Below are positions 54,133-62,623 of a stretch of 64,000 bases of DNA, in pieces; position 1 is the first letter of the stretch, and each line of letters starts with the position of its first letter. Made by a program: the position numbers and the translations under genes. Source of the DNA: an uncultured bacterium (GTDB lineage: Bacteria > Actinomycetota > Coriobacteriia > Coriobacteriales > Atopobiaceae); the NCBI GenBank assembly GCA_905215465.1, contig CAJMPT010000001.1, positions 37,684-101,683 of the forward strand. Reading direction: 5' to 3'. The notes below the pieces were generated by a model, which ran no database searches, was not told the origin of the DNA, and saw nothing but the letters and a program-made list of their open reading frames with translations.

Positions 54133-55899
54133 CTAGCGGGCCTCGGCGTCCCCCTCCGCGAACTGCATACGGTAATAGCGCGCGTACGTCCCGTTCTTGG
54201 CGAGAAGCTCCTCGTGCGTGCCGCGCTCCGAGACCTGGCCCATCTCCATGGTCACGATCTCGTCGGCGTTCTTGATGGTGGAGAGGCGGTGCGCGATGAC
54301 CAGCGTCGTCCTGCCCTGCGCAAGCTCGGATAAAGACGCCTGCACCGCACGCTCGGACTCGTTGTCCAGGGCAGAGGTGGCCTCGTCAAAGATCAGGATC
54401 GGCGGGTTCTTGAGGAAGACGCGCGCGATGGCGATGCGCTGCTTCTGACCGCCGGAGAGACGGGCGCCGCGCTCGCCCACGCGGGTCTCGTAGCCGTCGG
54501 GCAGCCCCTCGATGAAGTCGGCGATGTTGGCCCTCCTGGCCGCGTCGCGGATCTCCTGGGCACTGGCGTCCGGCCGTCCGTAGGCAATGTTCTCGGCAAT
54601 GGTGCCGTCAAACAGGTAGACGTCCTGCTGCACCAGGCCAATGCTCTGACGCAGGCTCTTCTGCGTGACGTCGCGCACGTCCTGGCCGTCGATGGTGATT
54701 GAGCCCTCGCGCACGTCGTAGAAGCGCGGCAGCAGGCTGCAGGTGGTGGACTTGCCACCACCCGAGGGGCCCACCAGAGCGATGGTCTCGCCAGGGCGAA
54801 TGTCCAGGTCAAGCCCACGGATGACGTCTCCCTCGCCACCGGCGTAGGCAAAGCGCACGCCCTGGTAGCAGATGGCGCCCTCGCTCACGGCAAGGTCTAA
54901 CGCACCCGGCTTGTCCTCGATGTCGGGGCGGGTGTCCAGCACGTCACAGAAACGGCGGAAGCCGGCAATGGCCTTCTGGAAGGTCTCGGTGAAGTTGAGG
55001 ATGTTGGTGATGGGCGTGGTGAACATGCTGATGTAGAGGGCGTAGGTGGCCAGGTCGACGGCCTCCATCTGCCCCTTTGCAATCAGCCAGCCGCCCATGA
55101 CCAGGATGACCGTGTTGAGGCCACCCATCATGGCCGAGATCGCGGCCTGGTACTGGCCCATGGCCCGGTACATGCGCGTCTTGGAGTCAAGGTAGGCATC
55201 GTTGGAGTCGCGGAACTTGCGGCGCTCCAGGTCCTCGGCGGCAAAGCTCTTGACCACGCGGGAGCCGGCCAGGGAGTCTTCCAGGCGCGAGTTCACGCCG
55301 GAGATCTTGATGCGGTTCTCGGCAAAGACGGCCTTCATGCGCAGGTTGGCCCAGGCGTTGTAGGCAATGAGCACGGCGCAGATGACGGCCAGCACCAGCG
55401 TGAGCGTGGCATTGATGGAGCCTAGGATCACAAAGGAGCCCACGATCTCCACCACGCCGATGATGAGGAACTCAGGGCCGTGGTGGGCCGTCTCGGCAAT
55501 GTCAAAGAGGTCCGAGACCAGACGGCTCATGAGGTCGCCCGACTTGTTGCGGTCAAAGAACGAGAAGCTCATGCGCTCGTAGGCGTCAAAGAGGTCCTCG
55601 CGCATGCGGCTCTCCATGCGGGCGCCCATGACGTGGCCCCAGAAGCACACAAAGTAGCGGCAGCCAAAGCGCACCAGGTACATGAGTGCCAGGCCAATGG
55701 CCAGGTAGACAAGGGCGTCCATGATGGCGTCAGCGCCCTCGCCAAAGATGCCGCGGGTGCAGGTGCGAAGAATCTGCGGGAAGGCCAGGTCAATACCGGC
55801 CACGGCCAGCGAGCAGACGATGTCTGCCACAAACAGGCCCACCTGGCCCTTGTAGTACGAGAGGAACTTCCCCATGAGCTGGCAAGAGGTGCGTTGCAT
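54133..55899 (-). CDS. ABC exporter, fused permease/ATPase (MsbA/MdlB-like)
   Basis: Six-TM domain, Walker A GPSGGGKST, signature LSGGQKQRIAIAR and Walker B ILIFDEATSALD. AAGGAG lies 4 nt before ATG 55899. Confidence 0.9.
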   Translation of the reverse strand: MQRTSCQLMGKFLSYYKGQVGLFVADIVCSLAVAGIDLAFPQILRTCTRGIFGEGADAIMDALVYLAIGLALMYLVRFGCRYFVCFWGHVMGARMESRMREDLFDAYERMSFSFFDRNKSGDLMSRLVSDLFDIAETAHHGPEFLIIGVVEIVGSFVILGSINATLTLVLAVICAVLIAYNAWANLRMKAVFAENRIKISGVNSRLEDSLAGSRVVKSFAAEDLERRKFRDSNDAYLDSKTRMYRAMGQYQAAISAMMGGLNTVILVMGGWLIAKGQMEAVDLATYALYISMFTTPITNILNFTETFQKAIAGFRRFCDVLDTRPDIEDKPGALDLAVSEGAICYQGVRFAYAGGEGDVIRGLDLDIRPGETIALVGPSGGGKSTTCSLLPRFYDVREGSITIDGQDVRDVTQKSLRQSIGLVQQDVYLFDGTIAENIAYGRPDASAQEIRDAARRANIADFIEGLPDGYETRVGERGARLSGGQKQRIAIARVFLKNPPILIFDEATSALDNESERAVQASLSELAQGRTTLVIAHRLSTIKNADEIVTMEMGQVSERGTHEELLAKNGTYARYYRMQFAEGDAEAR

Positions 55900-55967
55900 G
55901 TAACTCCTTTGCGGTGCTTGATGCGAACGGGCCCAAAGGCCCCGGGGCGCGCGGGCTCCAAACACAA

Positions 55968-56001
55968 GGAAGCCGACCGCCGCATTCGGCCGCCGGCTTC
56001 C
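55968..56001 (-). terminator. Hairpin between serS and the ABC exporter gene
   Basis: GGAAGCCG...CGGCTTCC outer stem with a G+C-rich interior, followed on the minus strand by TTGTGTTTGG. Confidence 0.45.
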
Positions 56002-56021
56002 GGAAGATCAGGCGAGAAGGG

Positions 56022-57308
56022 CTACTCCTCGGGGGTGATGACCTCGATGCCGCCCATGTAGGGGCGCAGGGCCTCGGGCACGGTGATGGTGCCGTCGGCG
56101 TTCTGGTAGTTCTCGATGATGGCGGCCATGGTGCGGCCGACGGCCAGGCCGGAGCCGTTCAGGGTGTGCACGTAGCGGGTGCCCTTGAACTCGGACGGGT
56201 CGCGGTACTTGATGTTGGCGCGGCGGGCCTGGAAGTCCCAGCAGTTGGAGCAGCTGGAGATCTCCTTGTAGTTGTTGTAGCTGGGCAGCCAGACCTCGAT
56301 GTCGTAGCACTTGGTGGCGCTGAAGCCAATGTCGCCGGTGCAGAGGGTAACCACGTGATACGGCAGGCCCAGGGTCTGCAGGCACAGCTCGGCCTCGGCC
56401 ACCATGGACTCGAGCTGGTTCATGGAGTCCTCGGGCTTGGCGAACTTGACCATCTCGACCTTGTCGAACTCGTGGACGCGGATGATGCCGCGGGTGTCAC
56501 GGCCGGCGGAGCCCGCCTCCTCGCGGAAGCACGGGGTGAAGGCGGTGTACATGAGCGGCAGCTTGGAGCCGTCGAGCACCTCGTCGCGGTGGATGTTGGT
56601 CAGCTGGACCTCGGCCGTGGGGATGAGGTAGAGGTCAGGCTGCACGTGGTAGAGGTCCTCGTCGAACTTAGGCAGCTGGCCGGTGCCAAACAGGCTGTCG
56701 TGGTTGGTGATGACGGGAGGCCACCACTCCTTGAAGCCGGCCTTGTTGTGCATGTCGATGAAGAAGTTGATGAGCGCGCGCTCCATGCGGGCGCCCATGC
56801 CGCCCAGCAGGTAGAAGCGGGTGCCGGCGAGCTTCACGCCGCGGTCGAAGTCGATGATGCCCAGCTCGGGGCCAAGGTCCCAGTGGGCCTTGGGCTCAAA
56901 GTCAAACTCGCGCGGGGTGCCCCAGCGGCGCACCTCGGGGTTGTCGGAGTCGTCCTTGCCGTAGGGGACGTCCTCGTGCGGGATGTTGGGGATGGCGGCC
57001 ACGAGATCAAAGAGCTCCTTCTCGACGGCGGCGCGACGGTCGTCGAGCGTGGAGATGCGCTCCTTGTTGGCGGCGACCTCGGCCTTCTTGGCCTCGGCCT
57101 CCTCCTTCTTGCCCTCGCGCATCAGCTGGCCGATCTGCTTGGAGGCGCTGTTACGGGCCGCCTGCAGAGCCTCGACCTCGGCGATGACGGAGCGGCGCTC
57201 CTCGTCCAGCTCGAAGAACTTCTCGCGGTCCCAGTGAGCGTTCTGGCGGGACTCGCAGGCCTTATCCACAAGGTCGGGGTTCTCGCGAACGAACTTGATG
57301 TCGAGCAT
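56022..57308 (-). CDS. serS: Seryl-tRNA synthetase
   Basis: MLDIKFVRENPD..., an N-terminal coiled-coil arm and class II motifs (FREEAGSAGRDTRGIIRVHEF, GSGLAVGRT). Confidence 0.95.
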   Translation of the reverse strand: MLDIKFVRENPDLVDKACESRQNAHWDREKFFELDEERRSVIAEVEALQAARNSASKQIGQLMREGKKEEAEAKKAEVAANKERISTLDDRRAAVEKELFDLVAAIPNIPHEDVPYGKDDSDNPEVRRWGTPREFDFEPKAHWDLGPELGIIDFDRGVKLAGTRFYLLGGMGARMERALINFFIDMHNKAGFKEWWPPVITNHDSLFGTGQLPKFDEDLYHVQPDLYLIPTAEVQLTNIHRDEVLDGSKLPLMYTAFTPCFREEAGSAGRDTRGIIRVHEFDKVEMVKFAKPEDSMNQLESMVAEAELCLQTLGLPYHVVTLCTGDIGFSATKCYDIEVWLPSYNNYKEISSCSNCWDFQARRANIKYRDPSEFKGTRYVHTLNGSGLAVGRTMAAIIENYQNADGTITVPEALRPYMGGIEVITPEE

Positions 57309-57430
57309 CTTGACTCTCCTCAGCTCTGAGTGCTTGCTTCTGGCGCCGTGCGCCGGAGCGGCACAGCTGGGGTACAGTATATACTTGTTGGTTCAACGCG
57401 TTAGACACCCATCTCCCAGGGAGGCTGTTC

Positions 57431-57631
57431 ATGCAGGCTATCTCCGACCTCATCACGTGGCTCTTCAACGACAAGACGGGTGTCATCGTCCTGGTCATTG
57501 GCGGCATCCTGCTGTGCCTGATCATTGCCATCGTCATGGAGCGCAAGACCAAGCAGACCTACTTTGAGCACGAGAAGACCGAGAACGACTGGTCCCTCTT
57601 TGATGATGACGACGAGGACGCGGACAAATAG
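57431..57631 (+). CDS. Small membrane protein (66 aa) with an acidic tail
   Basis: GGGAGG RBS 6 nt before the ATG, one clear TM helix (GVIVLVIGGILLCLIIAIVM), and a strong terminator after the stop. Confidence 0.55.
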   Translation: MQAISDLITWLFNDKTGVIVLVIGGILLCLIIAIVMERKTKQTYFEHEKTENDWSLFDDDDEDADK

Positions 57632-57662
57632 CCGCAGCCCAAGACACATCCAAACGCACGGA

Positions 57663-57708
57663 GGCGCCCGGCGAGAAGAACACACTTCTCGCCGGGCGCC
57701 CTTTTGTT
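57663..57708 (+). terminator. Intrinsic terminator built from an inverted GGCGAGAAG pair
   Basis: Perfect 16-bp stem GGCGCCCGGCGAGAAG / CTTCTCGCCGGGCGCC, a 6-nt loop, then CTTTTGTTTG. Confidence 0.85.
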
Positions 57709-57780
57709 TGGTGGGACGGCACGCGAAGCCCTGCGCACAGAAAAAGGCCCCCGACCGAAGCCGAGGGCCTTTCAAATTCA

Positions 57781-57867
57781 TGGTGCGGGCGAAAGGACTT
57801 GAACCTTCATGAGATTGCTCTCATACGGACCTGAACCGTACGCGTCTGCCAATTCCGCCACGCCCGC
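57781..57867 (-). tRNA. tRNA-Leu (anticodon CAG)
   Basis: GCGGGCG acceptor stem paired with CGCCCGC-A-CCA, anticodon loop UUCAGGU, long variable arm, T-loop GGTTCAAGTCC. Confidence 0.9.
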
Positions 57868-57988
57868 GTGCTTTGTTAGCATACCGCAAACCTTCCTCGC
57901 GGTGCAAGACTTTTTTCTGGGATTGGGAACCTGGGGTAGAATGGCACCACCGTCACGGCCGCAACGCAGCTAAAACAAAGGAGGCGCC

Positions 57989-59752
57989 GTGAGAGACCAA
58001 CAGCTAGAGCCGGTGTCTTTGGGAGCCGCCGAGAAGCCCTCCGAGGAGGTGCTGCTCAACCGCTACCGCGTGCTTGCTCGCCGAGGGACGGGCGGCTTTG
58101 GAACGGTGTGCACCTGCTGGGACACCCGCCTGCAGCGTCGCGTGGCCATAAAGCGCATCCCCGTGCTGGAGATGGACGACGGCATCAGCGCGTCCACGGC
58201 CGAGGAGGCCCTGGGCGAGGCCCGCACCGCCTGCCTTCTGGCCCATCCCAGCATAGTGAGCGTCCTGGACTTTGAGATGGAGGGCGCCTACGCCTACCTC
58301 ATCATGGAATACGTGGACGGCCTCAACCTGGCCGAGCTTCTGGCTCGCGTTGAGGGCGGCACGCTCAGCCACGATGAGTGCGCCCACATGGTGGCCTCCG
58401 TCGGGCGGGCCCTGGCCTTTGCCCACGAGAACGGCGTCCTTCACCTGGACATCAAGCCCACCAACATAATGGTGGACCGCCGCGGCACGGTTAAGCTGGC
58501 CGACTTTGGCATGGCCACCCTGGCCTCGGCCGCCGGCTACGGCGACGCCCGCGGGGGCACCGTGGGCTACATGCCGCCCGAGCAGATCCAGGGCATGCTG
58601 GTTGACGAGCGCGCCGACGTATTCTCGCTGGCCGTCGTGACCTGGCAGGCGCTCTGCGGCGCGGACCCCTTTGCCGCCGTGCGCGCGGCTGACTCCCTCA
58701 CCAAGATCTTCCACGGGCCCAAGGACCCGCTCATCAAGCTGGACCCCACGGCTGACCTCACCACGCAGGACGCCCTCATGCGGGCCCTCGCGCCGCAGGC
58801 CTCCGAGCGCACGGCCTGCGTAGACGACCTCGTGGACGCGCTTCTCCCCGAGCTGGGAGACCCGGCCGCCGGCCAGGAGTCCCTCGAGCACCTGGTCAAC
58901 CAGAGCGAGAAGGACGACGAGGTCGAGCAGACCACCTGGCGAGAGCGCCACCTCCCCTGGAGGACGCGCTTCCCCTGGCTCTACCCCGTCCTCGAGCGCG
59001 TAGTCAGCACCGTGGCCACGCTTCTGGCCATCCGCCTTGCGCTTCCGTGCTTTCCAGGGGCAACGTCAGACTTCGTGCTGCTGGGAACGCTCGTGGCCAC
59101 CGCGGCGACGCTGGCCTGGCCGCCCATCGGCAGCGCGCTGACCCTGTCCGCGGCGGTCTTTGCCACTGCCACGTCGCACGCAACAAGCGCGTCCTTCCCG
59201 CTGGCCCTGCTCCTGGGCGTCACCGCGCTTGCCTGGTGGCTCTACGCCGGCCACGGCGAGAAGCTCGCGAGCGCGGCCGCTCTTCTCCCCTGCTGCCTGC
59301 CCTTCCCCGGGGCGGGGGCCGCCATGGCTGGCTTTGCACTCGACCCGGCGCCCGCCGCGGTGAGCGGGGCCGTGGGCTGCGCCCTCGGCCTGGCGTTTCC
59401 CGCGCTGGCGGCCACGGGTTTCTATGCGCAGCAGGCCACGCCCGAGCTTTTGGCGCTGGCGGAGTCCCCGGCCTCGTGGGTGCTTCTCGCCGGAGCCGCC
59501 GCCGCGGCCGCGGCCTCTTCCGCCATTGCCATGAAGGGGTCCGTGACTTCGGGAATCGTGGGCCAAAGCGTTGGCCTCGCGATTCTTCTGGCCGCCGAGT
59601 GCGTGGCCGCCGGAGTGGAGAATGGCGGTATATGGGGCCCGCCCAACTGGGTGCACGTGGGCGTTGCGGTACTCTTGTATGCGTTTCTGTGCATTTCGAC
59701 TGTCCTGAGAGGCCCGCTGTTCGGGGGCCAGGAAGGCGAGGACTCCCTATGA
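57989..59752 (+). CDS. Ser/Thr protein kinase (non-RD) fused to a polytopic Ala-rich membrane domain
   Basis: GTGGFGTV, VAIKRI, HLDIKPTN (Leu for Arg), DFG and PPEQ, then about 8-10 hydrophobic segments. GTG start 7 nt after AAAGGAGG. ATGA overlap with fhaA. Confidence 0.85.
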   Translation: MRDQQLEPVSLGAAEKPSEEVLLNRYRVLARRGTGGFGTVCTCWDTRLQRRVAIKRIPVLEMDDGISASTAEEALGEARTACLLAHPSIVSVLDFEMEGAYAYLIMEYVDGLNLAELLARVEGGTLSHDECAHMVASVGRALAFAHENGVLHLDIKPTNIMVDRRGTVKLADFGMATLASAAGYGDARGGTVGYMPPEQIQGMLVDERADVFSLAVVTWQALCGADPFAAVRAADSLTKIFHGPKDPLIKLDPTADLTTQDALMRALAPQASERTACVDDLVDALLPELGDPAAGQESLEHLVNQSEKDDEVEQTTWRERHLPWRTRFPWLYPVLERVVSTVATLLAIRLALPCFPGATSDFVLLGTLVATAATLAWPPIGSALTLSAAVFATATSHATSASFPLALLLGVTALAWWLYAGHGEKLASAAALLPCCLPFPGAGAAMAGFALDPAPAAVSGAVGCALGLAFPALAATGFYAQQATPELLALAESPASWVLLAGAAAAAAASSAIAMKGSVTSGIVGQSVGLAILLAAECVAAGVENGGIWGPPNWVHVGVAVLLYAFLCISTVLRGPLFGGQEGEDSL

Positions 59753-60918
59753 GCTTTCTGAATGACTTCGAGGGGCGCATCAGCTCCGTCTTTGGCGCGG
59801 CCCCCCAGGGCTACACCGAGCCCTTCTCGTTTAAGAAGCTGGCCAAGCGGGCCGCTCGCGAGATGGAGAACGAAACGTACGAGATCGACGGCGTGGACAC
59901 TGCCCCCGCCCTCTACACCGTGCTGGTCTCCCCCTCCGACGATTCCCTTATGCGCCCGCTCTACGAGCAGATCACCTATGAGACCAGCGCCTTTGTGACG
60001 GCCCAGGCCCAGAAGAAGGGCTACGCCTTTGTGGGCGAGCCCCTGGTGCGCTTCATGGTCGACCCGTCCCTCAAGTCTGGCAAGTTCGCCGTCTTCGCCG
60101 AGAACGTGGACTCCCGCACCCTCGTGCGCCTGCGCGAGGAGGAGCGCATCTTCCTGGGCGGAAACTCCAGCGTCGGCGGCGCGGCCGCCATGGTGCAGCC
60201 CCGCGCGGGCCAGCCCAAGGGCACCTACCGCCCCGGCGGCATCGACCCCACGCCGCTGGCCTCCGCCGTCCCGGCGCCCGCGACGCCCCTCTCTGGCACC
60301 GACGCCGGCCTGGACGTCATGCCCTTTGACTTTGAGACGCCCATGCCCGAGCCCGTTCCCGTGGCCTCTGCCAGCGAGTCCACGCCCATGCCCGTCGCCG
60401 GCGCGGCCGCTCCCCTGGTGACGCCGGCCGCTCAGCCCGTGGCCGTGCCCGTCCCTATGACCCAGCGCAGGAACGTCCCCCTCGTCGACCCCAACCGCGG
60501 CGTCGGCGTTGGCGCTGCCATCGGCGCCGCAAGCATGGCCGCCGCGGAGGCTGCCCAGGCCGCCCCGCAGCCCATGGCCGACCCGCTCGCCGCTCCCGCA
60601 CCCATGGCGCGCCCCGCCCAGCAGCAGGTGGCATCCTGCCTGCTCATCGACCGCCAGACCGGCCGCACCTTCACCGGCAGCGCCCCCACCGCCGTCATCG
60701 GCCGCGAGCGCAGCCAGGCACAGATTGTCCTGCGCGACCCCAACGTCTCCCGCCGCCACGCCGAGCTGCGCTTTGACGGCCGCGACTGGCGCATCGCCGA
60801 CCTCAATTCCACCAACGGAACCCTGGTCAACGACGTCGACGTCAAGGAGTGCATCCTTCGCGACGGTGACCTCATCACCGTTGGCCTCGTCAACCTCGAG
60901 TTCAGGGAGAACCGATGA
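59749..60918 (+). CDS. fhaA: FhaA-type protein (DUF3662 N-domain + C-terminal FHA)
   Basis: MSFLNDFEGRISSVFG... N-domain, a Pro/Ala-rich linker and an FHA domain (IGRERSQAQIVLRDPNVSRRHAEL...DLNSTNGTLVND). Confidence 0.9.
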   Translation: MSFLNDFEGRISSVFGAAPQGYTEPFSFKKLAKRAAREMENETYEIDGVDTAPALYTVLVSPSDDSLMRPLYEQITYETSAFVTAQAQKKGYAFVGEPLVRFMVDPSLKSGKFAVFAENVDSRTLVRLREEERIFLGGNSSVGGAAAMVQPRAGQPKGTYRPGGIDPTPLASAVPAPATPLSGTDAGLDVMPFDFETPMPEPVPVASASESTPMPVAGAAAPLVTPAAQPVAVPVPMTQRRNVPLVDPNRGVGVGAAIGAASMAAAEAAQAAPQPMADPLAAPAPMARPAQQQVASCLLIDRQTGRTFTGSAPTAVIGRERSQAQIVLRDPNVSRRHAELRFDGRDWRIADLNSTNGTLVNDVDVKECILRDGDLITVGLVNLEFRENR

Positions 60919-61328
60919 TTGACCTCGTCCTCTTTGTGGGACGCGTCCTTCTCGTCGTCGTCCTCTACATCTTCCTGTTTGCCGTCATGCGCACGGGCGT
61001 GGGCCTGGTGCGTGGCCAGCGCAGGGACTCCGCCATCTGGGCCATTGACGTCGAGAAGGGCACGAGGTCGCTGCGCGGCCTGCACGTGGACATCCTCGGC
61101 CCCGTCGTGGTGGGCCGGTCTCCCAACTCCGACATCGTTGTGGACGAGCCCTACGTCTCCTCCACCCACGCGCGCTTCACCATCCAGGGCCCGGCCCTGG
61201 TCGTCGAGGACCTCGGATCCACCAACGGAACCATGGTCAACGGTCGCCCCATCGCCCAGCCCGTCACCCTTCGCGAGAACGATGAGGTGCAGGTGGGCGA
61301 CACCATCATGAGGGTGAGCCGCGGATGA
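60915..61328 (+). CDS. fhaB: FhaB/FipA-type membrane-anchored FHA protein
   Basis: N-terminal TM helix plus an FHA domain (VGRSPNSDIVVDEPYVSSTHARF...DLGSTNGTMVNG). 4-nt overlaps on both sides. Confidence 0.9.
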   Translation: MIDLVLFVGRVLLVVVLYIFLFAVMRTGVGLVRGQRRDSAIWAIDVEKGTRSLRGLHVDILGPVVVGRSPNSDIVVDEPYVSSTHARFTIQGPALVVEDLGSTNGTMVNGRPIAQPVTLRENDEVQVGDTIMRVSRG

Positions 61329-62620
61329 CCCCCGACGAGACCATGTCGGCCCCCGTCCAAGAGCCTGGCAACGCCCCCGGCAGGGCCGAGATGCCCGTCG
61401 AGGGACGCGCCGGCGCTGACGCCGTCCAGGGTTCCAACCAGTGCCTCTCCTGGGGTTCCCGCAGTGACGTGGGCCTGGTCCGCGGCCACAACGAGGACTC
61501 CTTCCTTCTCCGTGCGCCGCTCTTCGCGGTCTGCGACGGCATGGGCGGCCACGCCGCCGGCGAGGTCGCAAGCTCCATCGCGGTGGACACCATTGCCAGA
61601 AACGCCCCCGGCACCGCCGACGACACCCTGCTGGGCGCCGCCATCGAAGCCGCCAACCTGGCCGTCATCAACGGAGCCGAGAATGGCATCGGCAAGCCCG
61701 GCATGGGCTGCACCGCCTCCGCCATCCTCATCGAGGGCAGCAAGATGGCCGTGGGCCACGTGGGAGACTCCCGCGTCTACCTGCTGCGCCGCGGCACCCT
61801 GGTGCGCGTGACGCACGACCACTCCTACGTGGAGGAGCTCGTGGACTCCGGTCAGATCACGGCCGACGAGGCCCGCGTCCACCCCTCGCGCTCCATCATC
61901 ACCCGCGCCCTGGGCTCCGACCCCGAGATGTACGCCGACCACTTCTCGCTCGAGGTGGCAAACGGCGACCGCATCATCGTGTGCTCCGACGGCCTCTCGT
62001 CCATGATCTCTGACGCGGAAATTGAATCCGTGGCCGTCTCGGCCGCGTCCGCCCAGCAGGCGGCCGACAACCTCGTGGCCGCCGCGCTCACCGCGGGCGG
62101 CTCCGACAACGTGACGGTCATTGTGGTCGACGTGCTGAACGACGGCATCGCCGCCGCCAATCATGCCAACCTGCGCAAGCGCGCGGCCATCATCACCGGC
62201 GTGCTCGCGGCCATCGTGGCCGTAGTCGCCGTGGCGGCCGCTCTCTTCGTCCGCTCAGAGTGGTACCTCGCGCCCGATGGCGAGACCGTGGGCGTCTACC
62301 AGGGCGTCAACGGGGACTTCTTGGGCATAAGCCTCTCCACCCTCGTGGGGACGAGCTCCGTGGAGGTCTCAGACCTCCCCTCCTCCGTCCAGGACCAGCT
62401 TGCGCGCGGCATCCGCATGCGCAACGAGGACCAGGCCATGGAGACCATCTCGCAGTACCGCGACCAGATTGACGCCGACAAGAGCAAGGCCGCGCAGACG
62501 GCCGAGGAGGCCCAGGCGGGCTCGGACGGCAACCCCGTTCCCGCCGACGGCGAGGCGGCCCCCACAGAGGGTGCCCCCGCCAACGCAGCCCCCGCAGAGA
62601 CCCAGAAGGGAGGAGAGTAG
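61325..62620 (+). CDS. pstP: PP2C-family Ser/Thr phosphatase with TM segment and extracellular tail
   Basis: RGHNEDSF, FAVCDGMGGHAAGEVAS and GGSDNVTVIVVDV, then the TM segment AIITGVLAAIVAVVAVAAALF. Confidence 0.9.
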   Translation: MTPDETMSAPVQEPGNAPGRAEMPVEGRAGADAVQGSNQCLSWGSRSDVGLVRGHNEDSFLLRAPLFAVCDGMGGHAAGEVASSIAVDTIARNAPGTADDTLLGAAIEAANLAVINGAENGIGKPGMGCTASAILIEGSKMAVGHVGDSRVYLLRRGTLVRVTHDHSYVEELVDSGQITADEARVHPSRSIITRALGSDPEMYADHFSLEVANGDRIIVCSDGLSSMISDAEIESVAVSAASAQQAADNLVAAALTAGGSDNVTVIVVDVLNDGIAAANHANLRKRAAIITGVLAAIVAVVAVAAALFVRSEWYLAPDGETVGVYQGVNGDFLGISLSTLVGTSSVEVSDLPSSVQDQLARGIRMRNEDQAMETISQYRDQIDADKSKAAQTAEEAQAGSDGNPVPADGEAAPTEGAPANAAPAETQKGGE

Positions 62621-62623
62621 CCC

